A DNA stretch of 64,000 bases from an uncultured virus (IMG/VR IMGVR_UViG_3300017749_000006) (taxonomy: Duplodnaviria; Heunggongvirae; Uroviricota; Caudoviricetes). The stretch lies in the IMG/VR virus record IMGVR_UViG_3300017749_000006. One strand, written 5' to 3'. Positions 1 to 9,888 of the stretch are shown one piece after another (within the stretch, counting starts at the first letter, position 1; every line of letters starts with the position of its first letter). A program made the translations under genes and the position numbers. The notes under the pieces were generated by a model, which saw only the letters and a list, made by a program, of their open reading frames with translations, had not been told where the DNA came from and ran no database searches.

Positions 1-15
1 AACATAGTCTTTCAT
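1..15 (-). CDS. 5' end of an early gene running off the window (MKDYV...)
   Basis: ATG at 15 on minus strand, SD-like GGAGTGA upstream, BRE/TATA AAAAGTTTATAA at ~51-62. Confidence 0.5.
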
Positions 16-191
16 TGTATCACTCCTTATCTAGCGGTAGGGGTATACCCTTATAAACTTTTATTTGTAGTAGGTATCTTTTACTTAGTGTATTTTTTAC
101 ACCGCCCTTCCTTTAGCCCCTACTACAAATTTGTAGGAGAAGTATAAGGGCGATTTTATCAAAAATTGTCCTACAAAAATAAAGGGTAAAG

Positions 192-344
192 TTAGACCTC
201 TTTGAAGTCTACCTGTAATCCCTCATCAGTAATATTAAAACTGACATTCAATACCTTGTTCGGGTCTTTCATATTCCTCATTTTATCATCTATTAGCGTT
301 CTTAACATCATGTCAAATTCATTCATATCTTTTGGTCTTCTCAT
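192..344 (-). CDS. Small hypothetical protein, 50 aa (MRRPKDMNEF...DFKEV)
   Basis: Hand-translated open frame, GGAAGTGA upstream, coupled to the upstream ORF. Confidence 0.55.
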   Translation of the reverse strand: MRRPKDMNEFDMMLRTLIDDKMRNMKDPNKVLNVSFNITDEGLQVDFKEV

Positions 345-348
345 ATCT

Positions 349-447
349 TCACTTCCTTAGTTTTTCTATTAGAAATGTATTCTCAGCAATTTGCTTCATC
401 ATGTTACCTAATAGTTTTTCCAATTGTTTTTCTGTGTCTGCGTCCAT
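349..447 (-). CDS. Small hypothetical protein, 32 aa (MDADTEKQLEKLL...)
   Basis: Hand-translated; TATA (GTTATATA at 469-476) about 30 nt upstream, suggesting a leaderless start. Confidence 0.5.
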   Translation of the reverse strand: MDADTEKQLEKLLGNMMKQIAENTFLIEKLRK

Positions 448-976
448 GACCATCCTAGGGGGGGTAAGTATATAACATTTCGTATTCACTTAGTGTATTT
501 TTTACACTACCCCCCTCTACTACAAATTTGTAGTAGGTATAAGGCCGCAGGTCGCAAACTTTATAAGGGTATACCCCTTTGGCTTTATACACGTTTTTTT
601 GCGGTTATTTTAGTTTTTTAGCCATATTTACTACAAATAAAAGTTTATATAGCAAAAGCCCCTAGGGTATGGGCGCAAAAAAATACGCCTACTACAAATA
701 AAGTTAGTGCAAAAACTACACTAAGTGTAAAAAAGTATATCTACTACAAAAAAATACACTTACTACAAATAAAAGTATCGGGTGTAAAAAAAGCACCGAG
801 TGTTAGAAAGGCACTAGGTATTTTACAAAACATCTAATGCAAAAATTAAAGGTAGTAATAAGAGGGGTTTATATACTATGACCCTACGCCATAAGTCTAC
901 CCGAAAACTACTACTACAAATATATAGGGTACAAAAAAGAAAAGGTTCATAAGCAAACACGTTTTGGCTTGATTGT

Positions 977-1495
977 ATGTCGGGTTTAAATATTATAACC
1001 GCGAAACAAAACATTCATAAGCAAATACGTTTAGCCCTCAATATGGTAAAACCACGCCGACAATCTCTTAGATATGAGGACGGTACTTTCAAGAGTATAG
1101 ATAAAAATAAGCAAATAGCAGGTAGAAAAGGCGGACTTACTACCGGCGAATCAAAAGCCCGTTGTGGTGCTTCAAACGGCAAATATGACGCAAATAGAGA
1201 GCGTAGGCCGTGTTGTGGTGTAATCGCCACTAGAAGCCATAAAAAGACCTGTCCTAATCATAGATTATATAAATTAAATGCACTAAAAAACCTCAGAAAA
1301 GAGAGTATTATCAAGGCTAAAATAAATACAGATAATTATGTAAAAGTAAGCGGAGTTTCAATGTGGCTTCGTGGGGTTGACTCCAATTGTACAAACTGTA
1401 ATCAAAATCAAAAAGCAATTTCAGCGACATGGGTTCATGAAGATGACCTTCAAAAGAATCCGGTACGAGTTATCTGTAAAAAATGCTCTTGCTAA
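977..1495 (+). CDS. Basic Cys-rich hypothetical protein with KGG motif
   Basis: ORF track; AGRKGG motif and CxxC pairs; TTCATAAGCAAA elements precede both ATG 977 and ATG 1043. Confidence 0.5.
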   Translation: MSGLNIITAKQNIHKQIRLALNMVKPRRQSLRYEDGTFKSIDKNKQIAGRKGGLTTGESKARCGASNGKYDANRERRPCCGVIATRSHKKTCPNHRLYKLNALKNLRKESIIKAKINTDNYVKVSGVSMWLRGVDSNCTNCNQNQKAISATWVHEDDLQKNPVRVICKKCSC

Positions 1496-1885
1496 ATATA
1501 TGAAGGATATTTTTAACGGTGAAAGTATTTTTTTTATAAAATAGATTACTACAAATTTTTAATTACTACAAATAATTTATGGTTTTGGGTACTACAAATA
1601 AATAAAAAAGTAAAAATATCTACTACAAATATTATATTTATGACCACGCAAGCAAAAACTCAAATAAACGCCGAACCTCGCACTTTATACAGAAATAGGT
1701 ACATACATAGCCGCGACCCTTTCAACGACGAGTATGAACGTTTATACAGGTATTTTGAATACTCCTATACCCCCTATATATTAGAGAAAATGTGCTTGTG
1801 TTGTCATTTCCGACAGGTTTATTAACTAAGACAAAGTGGACAGGATAAGGCAAACAAGCCCGACGATAAAAAGGAGAAATATAAA

Positions 1886-2851
1886 ATGACAAGAATGATG
1901 AGACAGGAAGCATGGGGTTCTTTTGGAACTGATGCGATAGGCGAAACGGCAGACGAGGTATGTAAGAACGGTGGATTAGATTTTACCGCCGAATTACAAC
2001 CTTTATTTGATATGAGGGGTAGTCAACTTACTCATAAACAAAGAGGTGTATTTAGAACAGATACACACGATTGTTTAGGAGTTGTAGGCAAATCATATTA
2101 TGTAAAGCAACATTTAGATGTAGCACAATTAGCCCACAGATTAACACAAACAAAATTGTTAAATTGGGGTAGAGTAGGTAGCATAAATAATGGCGCAAAA
2201 GCATGGTTTAATTTAGAATTACCCGATGAAATATTGATAAATGGAAATGAGACAATTCAAACTCATTTGACTCTCATGAACTCTCATGATGGTTCAAGTG
2301 GAATTAGAGTTATTCTAGGTACATATAGAGTAGCGTGTGGAAATCAATTGAATGCTCTAGTATCTGAGGCTAAAAAAGCAGGTACATATTGGACTATTCG
2401 CCATACATCAAAAATGGATGAGGCAATTGAGCAAATGATAACAATTATAGGCATGACAAATGCACTAATGGATAATTGGGCTTCAAAAGCACAAGATATG
2501 TTATCAACAGAGATGGAAATGGCTGATAGAATTGAGTTCTACTTAGACCACCTACCTATTCAGCAAAATGACGAATTAGTATCAGAAACTAACCCTCACG
2601 GATTAGCAACAAGAGGTAGTAATATACTTGACCGCGTACTAGAATTAGAAAAAGAGCCTCAAAATCAAATAGGCGAAATGAACAATACAGTATGGCAAGC
2701 ACTTAACACAGTTACAGATTACATAGACCACGATTGGGTTACATCTAAGAATGGTATTCTTAACAAGAAAAGAGCGGAGTCAGCAATCGTAGGTACAGGC
2801 CAAAGAATCAAAGGCAAGGCATGGGAGGCGGCAGTAGAACTGCTTGCCTAA
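1886..2851 (+). CDS. DUF932 family protein (phage/plasmid early protein)
   Basis: Motifs RTDT..CLGVVG..Y, NSHDGS, RVACGN, RHT, TVWQALNTVT; AGGAG SD. Confidence 0.85.
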   Translation: MTRMMRQEAWGSFGTDAIGETADEVCKNGGLDFTAELQPLFDMRGSQLTHKQRGVFRTDTHDCLGVVGKSYYVKQHLDVAQLAHRLTQTKLLNWGRVGSINNGAKAWFNLELPDEILINGNETIQTHLTLMNSHDGSSGIRVILGTYRVACGNQLNALVSEAKKAGTYWTIRHTSKMDEAIEQMITIIGMTNALMDNWASKAQDMLSTEMEMADRIEFYLDHLPIQQNDELVSETNPHGLATRGSNILDRVLELEKEPQNQIGEMNNTVWQALNTVTDYIDHDWVTSKNGILNKKRAESAIVGTGQRIKGKAWEAAVELLA

Positions 2852-2886
2852 TCAAACTCGGTGGGGTCTTTTGTGTCCTCCAAAGT

Positions 2887-2941
2887 CGAGTATAGTAGGG
2901 TTTGACTCCATCGAGTCTTATTCATAGCCCTGCTATGCTCG
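2887..2941 (+). other. Branched RNA hairpin downstream of the DUF932 gene
   Basis: 16-bp stem 2887-2902/2926-2941 with G-U pairs, inner hairpin GACTC-CATC-GAGTC. Confidence 0.55.
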
Positions 2942-2995
2942 CACCTTGTGAGGTCATAACAATAACCTTAAAAGTAAATTAGGAGAGGAAGAAAT

Positions 2996-3166
2996 ATGGC
3001 ACTAATAACAGTAACATACCAATTAAACGTAATAGAGATAAAACCCGATGCTACATTAAAGCAACAAAAGGAATTAATAGAAAATATGCTATATGAAAAT
3101 GTGGATATAGGATTTTCTGACAAGGCTGATTTAATTTTATCAGAAATAGATATGAGTGAGGATTGA
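2996..3166 (+). CDS. Hypothetical protein, 56 aa (MALITVTYQL...)
   Basis: Hand-translated; AGGAGAGG SD. Confidence 0.6.
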   Translation: MALITVTYQLNVIEIKPDATLKQQKELIENMLYENVDIGFSDKADLILSEIDMSED

Positions 3167-3549
3167 TTATAATGAATACTTTAATAAGAAATATAGTTAC
3201 AAAAATTAATCATGAAAATTTAAGGGTTAGTTTACATCTATCTTTGATTGATTACAAAAAAAGAGGTACACCAAAATACAAATACAGTAGTATAGAGTTT
3301 TGTAAGTTTAGAAAAGAACTTAATGAACTAAAAGAAATATGTGAAATCAGAAAATGGGCAATACTAGAAGAATGGTTTATGTGGAATGTAGATTATGTTG
3401 AAGCACATGAAATCAATCGAGAATTAAATAACTATCACCGTTATTGTAAAGAGAATAATATTCAAATCAGTAGTCCTCATGTACAAGAATCTATACTAAG
3501 GGATGTGTACAACGGTTATAAAAATATAGCATTAAATTATGAGGACTGA
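3163..3549 (+). CDS. Hypothetical protein
   Basis: ORF track; operon-like packing. Confidence 0.6.
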   Translation: MIIMNTLIRNIVTKINHENLRVSLHLSLIDYKKRGTPKYKYSSIEFCKFRKELNELKEICEIRKWAILEEWFMWNVDYVEAHEINRELNNYHRYCKENNIQISSPHVQESILRDVYNGYKNIALNYED

Positions 3550-3554
3550 TTATA

Positions 3555-3716
3555 ATGGTTAAAATAGATTTTCAATTAGGTCAATGTCCTGCTTGTAGGA
3601 GTGAGGTAGTTTTACCCCTTAGAAGGTGTCTATCTTCGATGCAATTGTTCTTGTGCGATAAGTGTTGCACCTACGTCGAGAACTCAAGAGATAAGGGTGG
3701 TCTAACGCAAAAATGA
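3555..3716 (+). CDS. Small Zn-ribbon protein, 53 aa
   Basis: Hand-translated; CPAC...CDKC; GAGG SD. Confidence 0.55.
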   Translation: MVKIDFQLGQCPACRSEVVLPLRRCLSSMQLFLCDKCCTYVENSRDKGGLTQK

Positions 3717-3766
3717 TTGCGTGGTCATAACGATATGTTTAATAAGATGAGAGGAGAGGAGTAAAT

Positions 3767-4000
3767 ATGAGCAAAGTACACAAAGAAGAATACTTGATAA
3801 TATTACAAGGAGAAATGACCCCATTTCAAAGGGCAACATTATCTAAGTTAATGATGAAAAAAGCAAAACAATATAATTTAGGTATGGCAGTTAATGATTG
3901 TCTAGGTAGTGAATTAGATTGGAATGAGATGATGGATAAGAAAAATCATCCACCTATTGCAGAATTAGTATACTTTAATAAAATGACAGGAGAGGAATAA
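3767..4000 (+). CDS. Hypothetical protein
   Basis: ORF track; strong SD and upstream promoter. Confidence 0.7.
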   Translation: MSKVHKEEYLIILQGEMTPFQRATLSKLMMKKAKQYNLGMAVNDCLGSELDWNEMMDKKNHPPIAELVYFNKMTGEE

Positions 4001-4001
4001 T

Positions 4002-4265
4002 ATGAATGAAGAAGAAAATAATATAACGGTAAAAGATGATGAACTAGAAGTAATTTTAGATATAGATGTTAACAAAGAAGAAAAACAGAAAGAGGCAAAT
4101 CAAAGGGCTTATCAAATAAGATTACAAGAGAAATATAAAACAGGTAACTTAGAACAAAAAGACCTTGATGAAGACTTAGAAGACTTAGAAGATGACCCTA
4201 TATATGATAATGATGACATTATGGAAATGTTTGGAGATTTTGAAGGAGATGAATACAATGAATAA
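4002..4265 (+). CDS. Very acidic hypothetical protein
   Basis: ORF track; D/E-rich C-terminus; SD. Confidence 0.7.
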   Translation: MNEEENNITVKDDELEVILDIDVNKEEKQKEANQRAYQIRLQEKYKTGNLEQKDLDEDLEDLEDDPIYDNDDIMEMFGDFEGDEYNE

Positions 4266-4428
4266 AACTACAATGATTGATAAACTAATACAAGTTGAAA
4301 GCGAATTAAAACTAGCAATTTGGACATACAAAATGAATGAAGCCCCGTTAGTTATAATTAATGAAATGAATGAAGCATTTAATCTTATTTTACAAGCGAT
4401 AAATATATTGGAGTGGGATGAAGAATGA
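4258..4428 (+). CDS. Hypothetical protein (MNKTTMIDKL...)
   Basis: ORF track with start moved to the ATG after GGAG. Confidence 0.55.
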   Translation: MNKTTMIDKLIQVESELKLAIWTYKMNEAPLVIINEMNEAFNLILQAINILEWDEE

Positions 4429-4658
4429 ATAAAAATAGCGATTATAATACTTTAGCAGAAAGAAGAGAACAATTATTTCAAGCACAGAAAGATGATTTTA
4501 CAAACGCACTTGTGGCGGCCATAGATGCCTCAAATGCTTTAGGTCTTGACCACAGTGTAGAATTATTATTAGATAGTATGATTGATGATTTTTGTAAAGA
4601 AGAATTAAATTTTAATATTTTTACTTTTACCGCTAAAATAAGAGGTGAAAGTAAATGA
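4425..4658 (+). CDS. Hypothetical protein
   Basis: ATGA-coupled ORF. Confidence 0.6.
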   Translation: MNKNSDYNTLAERREQLFQAQKDDFTNALVAAIDASNALGLDHSVELLLDSMIDDFCKEELNFNIFTFTAKIRGESK

Positions 4659-4746
4659 ATGAATGTGAATGTACAGAAATAATGAATGAAAAATTTGGTA
4701 CATATTGTAAATGGTGTTGGGATAATTTTATAGAGGTGAAAGAAGA

Positions 4747-4929
4747 ATGAGTTTAGAAAACCATATGGTTGTAGGGCCGGATGACTTTGATGAAGTAGTA
4801 GAATGCTTTCATGTAGGAGAATGGGCAATAGACAGAATTGATTTGGCGAATGGAGAAAACGTAGTTTCAATCAGATGCGTAGATTGCGGTGCAATTTTTG
4901 AAGGTAATGTAAGCGAGGTGATTGAATGA
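4747..4929 (+). CDS. Small Zn-finger-like protein
   Basis: GAGGTGA SD; CFH...CVDCG. Confidence 0.65.
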   Translation: MSLENHMVVGPDDFDEVVECFHVGEWAIDRIDLANGENVVSIRCVDCGAIFEGNVSEVIE

Positions 4930-5210
4930 GAGACTTGAGAAAAAATATGCTTGCGTCGTCAATTAAAAAAGTTAATAAAGAAAGACAAAGAGGAGATAAT
5001 ATGATTGGAACACAATTACAGAATAAGCACAACGGTAGACGCATTACTATAACAGAAAAAATAATTTCTGATACAGGTAATATTATGTACACGGCTAATG
5101 ATGAAAAATACACAGTATTAGCAGACCATGACATGAAGCATTGGTTTGAAGTATCAACAGTAAGAGTAAACAGAAAGCCTAAGTACATGGACAAAGGAGA
5201 GGAAGAATAA
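4926..5210 (+). CDS. Hypothetical protein
   Basis: GAGGTGA SD; ATGA overlap. Confidence 0.6.
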   Translation: MRDLRKNMLASSIKKVNKERQRGDNMIGTQLQNKHNGRRITITEKIISDTGNIMYTANDEKYTVLADHDMKHWFEVSTVRVNRKPKYMDKGEEE

Positions 5211-5307
5211 TGAAAGCAGGTGTAAGAGCAAGATACTTTACTAAATTTAAAGCAAGAAAAGCATACAAAGATAATGGTAATAAACATATAAAAGGAGATG
5301 AAGAAGA

Positions 5308-6462
5308 ATGATAGAAGAAATAGAAGAAGAAACATATACTTTAGCGGTTAAACTAAAAACATTACCGCAAAAAAGAACAAAGACAAATGGAGAAATAATC
5401 CCCCCTCATGAGGTATTTAACTACAGAAGTGATTATCATACAAGTGATAGGGCAGAAGTCAGAAGGTCTTATCTAACAGAAGTACCTTCTAGTGTGTATA
5501 ATTTAGTACAAAATTTTGCGGGTTATTGGGGTGAGGCTAAACCTTTAACGGCTAACGAAATAAATTTTTATTTAGGAAAGTTTGACGATTTAAAAACAAT
5601 TGCGATTTACAAAAATCAAATAAATGTCAATACAGGAAAGCCTTATCTTATCTTTACCCATAATAATAAATATACAGGTAATTATTCCACTGTATATAAA
5701 ATGGTAAATCAATTTAATATGTACACAAGTAATCCTAATTTATTAGATAATGCTATCATCGTAGATATGGATGAGTTTATGAGATTTTATAATGATGTTA
5801 AAGATGATTGGGAAGCACAAGATAATCTAAAAGAGACAATAAGGGATGAATCATCAAAGGTAATCAGATTAATAAACAAAGATAGAGATTTAACAAAGGC
5901 TTTAGAAGAAACAAGTAAAAAATTAGAGGAATTAAATTCTTTTAACGATTATAATATTTCTCAAGAAGATATAGAAATAGTACGTTTGTACAACGATAAA
6001 GATTTTCTACGTTCTTTAGGTAATGAGTATGTTGACCATGACTATAATAAATGGGATGATTTATACCGTAAGATAGTTCGCAAACTAGAAATCTACAAAA
6101 GAGCGATTAGTAGTGATTATTATGCCTACGCAAATATGGATTTCAATATAACACTAGATTTTTACTTAAAAGTACAAAAATATATCATGCAAACTTATAG
6201 TGATTCATCATACCCATTAATAAAACACCCTAATAAGTGGAATAAAGAAAAATCTGAATATGAAACAATAGCATTGAGTGATTTACCTGCCTTAGATGAA
6301 TATTGTGCGAGAATATCGGCACTAAATACTATGAAAATAACAATAAAAAATAAAAAAGATGAGATGATAAAATATTATCTATCACGGTTAAATTACAAAT
6401 CAGATTTAATTGTTTGTGATGTCAATTCGGAAACTTTAATAACAAAGGGCGAAGAGGAATAA
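5308..6462 (+). CDS. Hypothetical protein, 384 aa, coiled-coil rich
   Basis: Long ORF with SD. Confidence 0.75.
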   Translation: MIEEIEEETYTLAVKLKTLPQKRTKTNGEIIPPHEVFNYRSDYHTSDRAEVRRSYLTEVPSSVYNLVQNFAGYWGEAKPLTANEINFYLGKFDDLKTIAIYKNQINVNTGKPYLIFTHNNKYTGNYSTVYKMVNQFNMYTSNPNLLDNAIIVDMDEFMRFYNDVKDDWEAQDNLKETIRDESSKVIRLINKDRDLTKALEETSKKLEELNSFNDYNISQEDIEIVRLYNDKDFLRSLGNEYVDHDYNKWDDLYRKIVRKLEIYKRAISSDYYAYANMDFNITLDFYLKVQKYIMQTYSDSSYPLIKHPNKWNKEKSEYETIALSDLPALDEYCARISALNTMKITIKNKKDEMIKYYLSRLNYKSDLIVCDVNSETLITKGEEE

Positions 6463-6464
6463 CT

Positions 6465-7013
6465 ATGAATATATTTTTTATAGACGAACAACCGGAAGAA
6501 GCGGCACGTAACTTGTGCCTAAAACACAAACCTAAAATGTGTGTAGAGTCAGCACAAATGATGGCATCAGCAATTTTACGCTATGGTGCTTTGCCCGATA
6601 CTTTACCACTTACAAAATCCGGTACGCACTACAAAGGTGGTTACCCACATCACCCTTCTACTGTGTGGGCAGGAGAATGCGTAGAGAATTTCCGTTGGCT
6701 TGCCCGCCATGCTATACAACAATGCTTATCATATACAGAAACATTCGGTAAAGTTCATGCGTGTGAGCAACCTATCCGTGAGATGGCAGAACATTATGTA
6801 ATTCATCATATGCCTGTCAATGGAAGCGTTACAGATATTCCTTTGGCTATGAACGAAGAGACTACACGCCATGTTCCTTTGACTCAAGCAGTTCAAGAAT
6901 ACCGTGATTACTATTACCGTAAAACTAAAGTTATGGCAGTAGAATGGTCTGACAATCAAACACCTACATGGTGGGAAGATGTGTGTGTAAGAAACGGAGG
7001 TCTTGTAATATGA
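6465..7013 (+). CDS. Pyrimidine-dimer DNA glycosylase / endonuclease V-like protein
   Basis: MNIFFID..P..AA...C.KH..KM..ESAQM, HHPSTVWA and YRDYY motifs. Confidence 0.8.
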   Translation: MNIFFIDEQPEEAARNLCLKHKPKMCVESAQMMASAILRYGALPDTLPLTKSGTHYKGGYPHHPSTVWAGECVENFRWLARHAIQQCLSYTETFGKVHACEQPIREMAEHYVIHHMPVNGSVTDIPLAMNEETTRHVPLTQAVQEYRDYYYRKTKVMAVEWSDNQTPTWWEDVCVRNGGLVI

Positions 7014-7222
7014 AAGACAATATGTATGTTTGTATAAATAGTGGTAATGGTAATAATAAATTTATCAATCTAAATAATATAGACGCTATAATAAAACATG
7101 AGAATTATGGTACGGTTGATTTTCATATGAGTGGTGGAAGCATAATTACTTTACCCTTAAAAGAATTTGAAGACCCCGATGGTATTATTTCAAAAATAAG
7201 AGAAATATATAATATGTGCTAG
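7010..7222 (+). CDS. Hypothetical protein (MKDNMYVCIN...)
   Basis: ATGA coupling; GGAGG SD. Confidence 0.55.
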   Translation: MKDNMYVCINSGNGNNKFINLNNIDAIIKHENYGTVDFHMSGGSIITLPLKEFEDPDGIISKIREIYNMC

Positions 7223-7711
7223 GTGATAAAAATGACACAACCAATAGGAGATAGGACATTTAGCGTACCTAAATACAAAGTAACAGGTTATGCTTACGAT
7301 GGTAGGATTTGTTTAGATACAGGAGACAGGTGGTTAGTTAGAATGCCTCCGAGATATTTTGACCCATACAATGACCTTGATAAAAGTGATTTAGGTAGGG
7401 CTAAAAAATATTATGATGAAAGAATGGTAGCCGCAATATTGTGGCAATCAGTAGATAGTATGACCGAAGATGAATACCAATATCGCTCACAGAAATGGAA
7501 GCCTAAAGGTGCTTATGGTATAATAAGAAAGAAAGGGCTTCGGTGGGGCATTGGTGGCAGAGCAAAGGGCAACAATAAATACACGCCTAGAGATGAGTTA
7601 GCAAGAGCAGACCCAAATAACTTTAGGCATGGTAATAAATACCCATCATCTAAATATAATCAGTGGCAAAAAGATGGGGCTAGAAAAGAAAAGGAGAGTA
7701 AAAAGAAATGA
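7223..7711 (+). CDS. Basic hypothetical protein
   Basis: ORF track; AGGTGA SD. Confidence 0.7.
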   Translation: MIKMTQPIGDRTFSVPKYKVTGYAYDGRICLDTGDRWLVRMPPRYFDPYNDLDKSDLGRAKKYYDERMVAAILWQSVDSMTEDEYQYRSQKWKPKGAYGIIRKKGLRWGIGGRAKGNNKYTPRDELARADPNNFRHGNKYPSSKYNQWQKDGARKEKESKKK

Positions 7712-8007
7712 GACATACTATAAGCAGTAAAGTAAAAAACAAAGGAACTAAAAACAGGAACAGAAGTCGTATGTTAGATGCGGTAGCAAGATACATAGAA
7801 GAAAACGGGCCGTCTACTGTGTACAGTATATCCGACGGTGCTAGATTTAAGAATGGTAGATTAATAAAAAATAATAACTCATTCAAAAGTACAGTATCTT
7901 TAGCCCTTATATTAAGTCGCGACCCTAGATTTGTTAAGGTTGAAAAATTGACAAGAGAAAATACATATTTGTGGGGTAATGCTTGCGAAGTCATTACGGA
8001 AGATTAA
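7708..8007 (+). CDS. Winged-HTH-like DNA-binding protein
   Basis: YIEENGPSTVYSI...SLALILSRDPRFVKV...YLW pattern. Confidence 0.6.
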   Translation: MRHTISSKVKNKGTKNRNRSRMLDAVARYIEENGPSTVYSISDGARFKNGRLIKNNNSFKSTVSLALILSRDPRFVKVEKLTRENTYLWGNACEVITED

Positions 8008-8026
8008 AATACATGGGGGTTATGGT

Positions 8027-8200
8027 ATGGCTATGATGAAACAAAAGTTGGTAGAAGATTACAATACAGTAAATGACTTCATAATGTACCTAGCAAATCT
8101 AGGTACTGTTGATTTAAACACATGGATTAGGCGTAGTACAGAAGAACAATTAGAGTTACTAAAAGCCTCACAGAATTATTACGGCAAGGTGAGAGAATGA
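8027..8200 (+). CDS. Hypothetical protein
   Basis: ORF track, start adjusted. Confidence 0.5.
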   Translation: MAMMKQKLVEDYNTVNDFIMYLANLGTVDLNTWIRRSTEEQLELLKASQNYYGKVRE

Positions 8201-8454
8201 GTAGGTTTAGATTAGCAAGCGTTAAACACGCGGAGTATGAGATATACAAAGGTATGCTAGTCAATCAAAGAGATGAGCCTATACAAAGAACTATGCAAAA
8301 TATCTTTGATAGAGTAGTACCTAAGAATGATGCAGTAGCATTAAAGAGATGGAATACGGCCATCAAAAATGTCAAACATCAGATGACAAATAAGTTAGAA
8401 AATAGAAGACAGTATTTACCTGTTGGGCATATTGATAGGAGTGAAGAACAATGA
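8197..8454 (+). CDS. Hypothetical protein
   Basis: AGGTGA SD; ATGA coupling. Confidence 0.65.
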   Translation: MSRFRLASVKHAEYEIYKGMLVNQRDEPIQRTMQNIFDRVVPKNDAVALKRWNTAIKNVKHQMTNKLENRRQYLPVGHIDRSEEQ

Positions 8455-8633
8455 GTAAAATAGAGGATAAAGTAATTACAATGATTCAAGAAAGGGCTAT
8501 GACAGGCGAACTAAAGTATGGTACGAATATGGAACGTAGCGATTTATCTATGAAAGAATGGCTCACACACCTTCAAGAAGAATTATTAGATGCGGCAATT
8601 TATGTACAAAAACTCAAGGAATTGATAGGATAG
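8451..8633 (+). CDS. Small MazG-like all-alpha nucleotide pyrophosphatase-type protein
   Basis: G..KYG...R.DL....WL.H.QEE..D...Y motif common in marine viruses. Confidence 0.6.
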   Translation: MSKIEDKVITMIQERAMTGELKYGTNMERSDLSMKEWLTHLQEELLDAAIYVQKLKELIG

Positions 8634-8652
8634 AAACCCTTATTAATACTAA

Positions 8653-8940
8653 ATGGTTGGTGAATATATGGTGAAAAAACACAGAGCAAGAAGACCTATC
8701 GGTGAGATAATGAGGGATAAAAAAGAACCTATGTCGGCTTATGAGATAGCAGAACAAATGATGAATAAGAAAATGAAATTCTATGCTGAAAGACCCAAAA
8801 CAATAGCACAATTATTGAAAGGGGCGAAAGGTATTACAAGGAGTAAAGTATTACGAAAGAGAGAAATTACTTCTACTATAACTACTTTGTATCACATGGA
8901 AGATTACGAAGCATATGAGAGATGGTTACATGACAGATGA
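8653..8940 (+). CDS. Winged-HTH-like protein
   Basis: PMSAYEIAEQM...TIAQLLKG pattern. Confidence 0.55.
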   Translation: MVGEYMVKKHRARRPIGEIMRDKKEPMSAYEIAEQMMNKKMKFYAERPKTIAQLLKGAKGITRSKVLRKREITSTITTLYHMEDYEAYERWLHDR

Positions 8941-9124
8941 AGAACAAATGACAACAGAAGAAATATTGAGGAGAGCGTATAAATGGTTTGGTGTAAAAGC
9001 ACCTACTAACTATACCTTTAAGATAAGAGATGATTATGTAAAAACAATGAAAGCATATGCGGCTTGGGTAAGACAGGACAAGATAACAAACTCTACATGG
9101 TGGGATGAATGGAAAATAAATTGA
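8930..9124 (+). CDS. Hypothetical protein
   Basis: ORF track, start adjusted. Confidence 0.5.
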   Translation: MTDEEQMTTEEILRRAYKWFGVKAPTNYTFKIRDDYVKTMKAYAAWVRQDKITNSTWWDEWKIN

Positions 9125-9858
9125 TAGAAGTTCCTATTAGTAAAATAAAATTAGTAGAGGCAACATCTTTTACTTATGTAGGTGAAGGTAGATACTTGAA
9201 ACAACCTAAAATAGAAATTAAATATAACGATAAAAGTTATTTTATACTTGACAGAAAAGTATGTTATAGTTTGATAAAACAATTTGAGCCTAACATTACT
9301 TGGACAGAATGGGTACAAATACAAAACTTTGAGTTGTCTTTGTTTAAAATATTAGATGATTATTTTACTGAGTATAATAATTATATAATAAAAGTATGGG
9401 TAGAAAAATATAATGAAATACAAATTATATATGACTTTGAAATGGAAGATGTGTCTTTTGGTATTATGAGGCTAAATAACCTCAAGGCTAGTATTATGTA
9501 TATGTCAATAGAAGCGCTGAAGGATTGGGCTTTACATACTGTAAGCGACAAGATAACAATAAGTAAGGGAGATAATACGATAGAGATACAAGAGTATGAA
9601 AAGTTTGTTATTATACGAGCAAGAAAATATGTCGAAAATGGTTTTGTACAAACTATGCCCGCTATAAAAATATTGGGTATTATAGAAACTATTCAATGGT
9701 ATATTGTTTATGAATCTATTATAGAGGCTAAAGAAAGTTTAGAAAAAGCAGATAAAATGCAAACAAGAAATATAGGCAGTATAAAAAATACCGCAAATAT
9801 GAAGACTAAAGAAAAAGATGACATAGAACATGAATGGTTTCTTAATTCTTTTTACTAA
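9109..9858 (+). CDS. Hypothetical protein, 249 aa
   Basis: ORF track. Confidence 0.7.
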   Translation: MENKLIEVPISKIKLVEATSFTYVGEGRYLKQPKIEIKYNDKSYFILDRKVCYSLIKQFEPNITWTEWVQIQNFELSLFKILDDYFTEYNNYIIKVWVEKYNEIQIIYDFEMEDVSFGIMRLNNLKASIMYMSIEALKDWALHTVSDKITISKGDNTIEIQEYEKFVIIRARKYVENGFVQTMPAIKILGIIETIQWYIVYESIIEAKESLEKADKMQTRNIGSIKNTANMKTKEKDDIEHEWFLNSFY

Positions 9859-9888
9859 AAAAAATATAACAAAATTAATTAATGGAGG

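Larger units (their letters stand above)
63..1630. repeat. Dispersed (C)TACTACAAAT repeats, left cluster, including palindrome CTACTACAAATTTGTAGTAG
   Basis: Copies at 63(rc), 120, 517-536 (perfect palindrome), 629, 689, 741, 761, 911, 1547, 1564, 1590, 1620. Confidence 0.9.

Noticed and set aside
424..1230. ORFs 424-621(+), 823-1014(-), 1015-1230(-)
   Set aside because: Overlap repeats, promoters or better-supported genes; no SD or TATA support
1640..1913. ORFs 1640-1825(+) and 1722-1913(-)
   Set aside because: No clear SD; the region looks regulatory. Not excluded but unsupported
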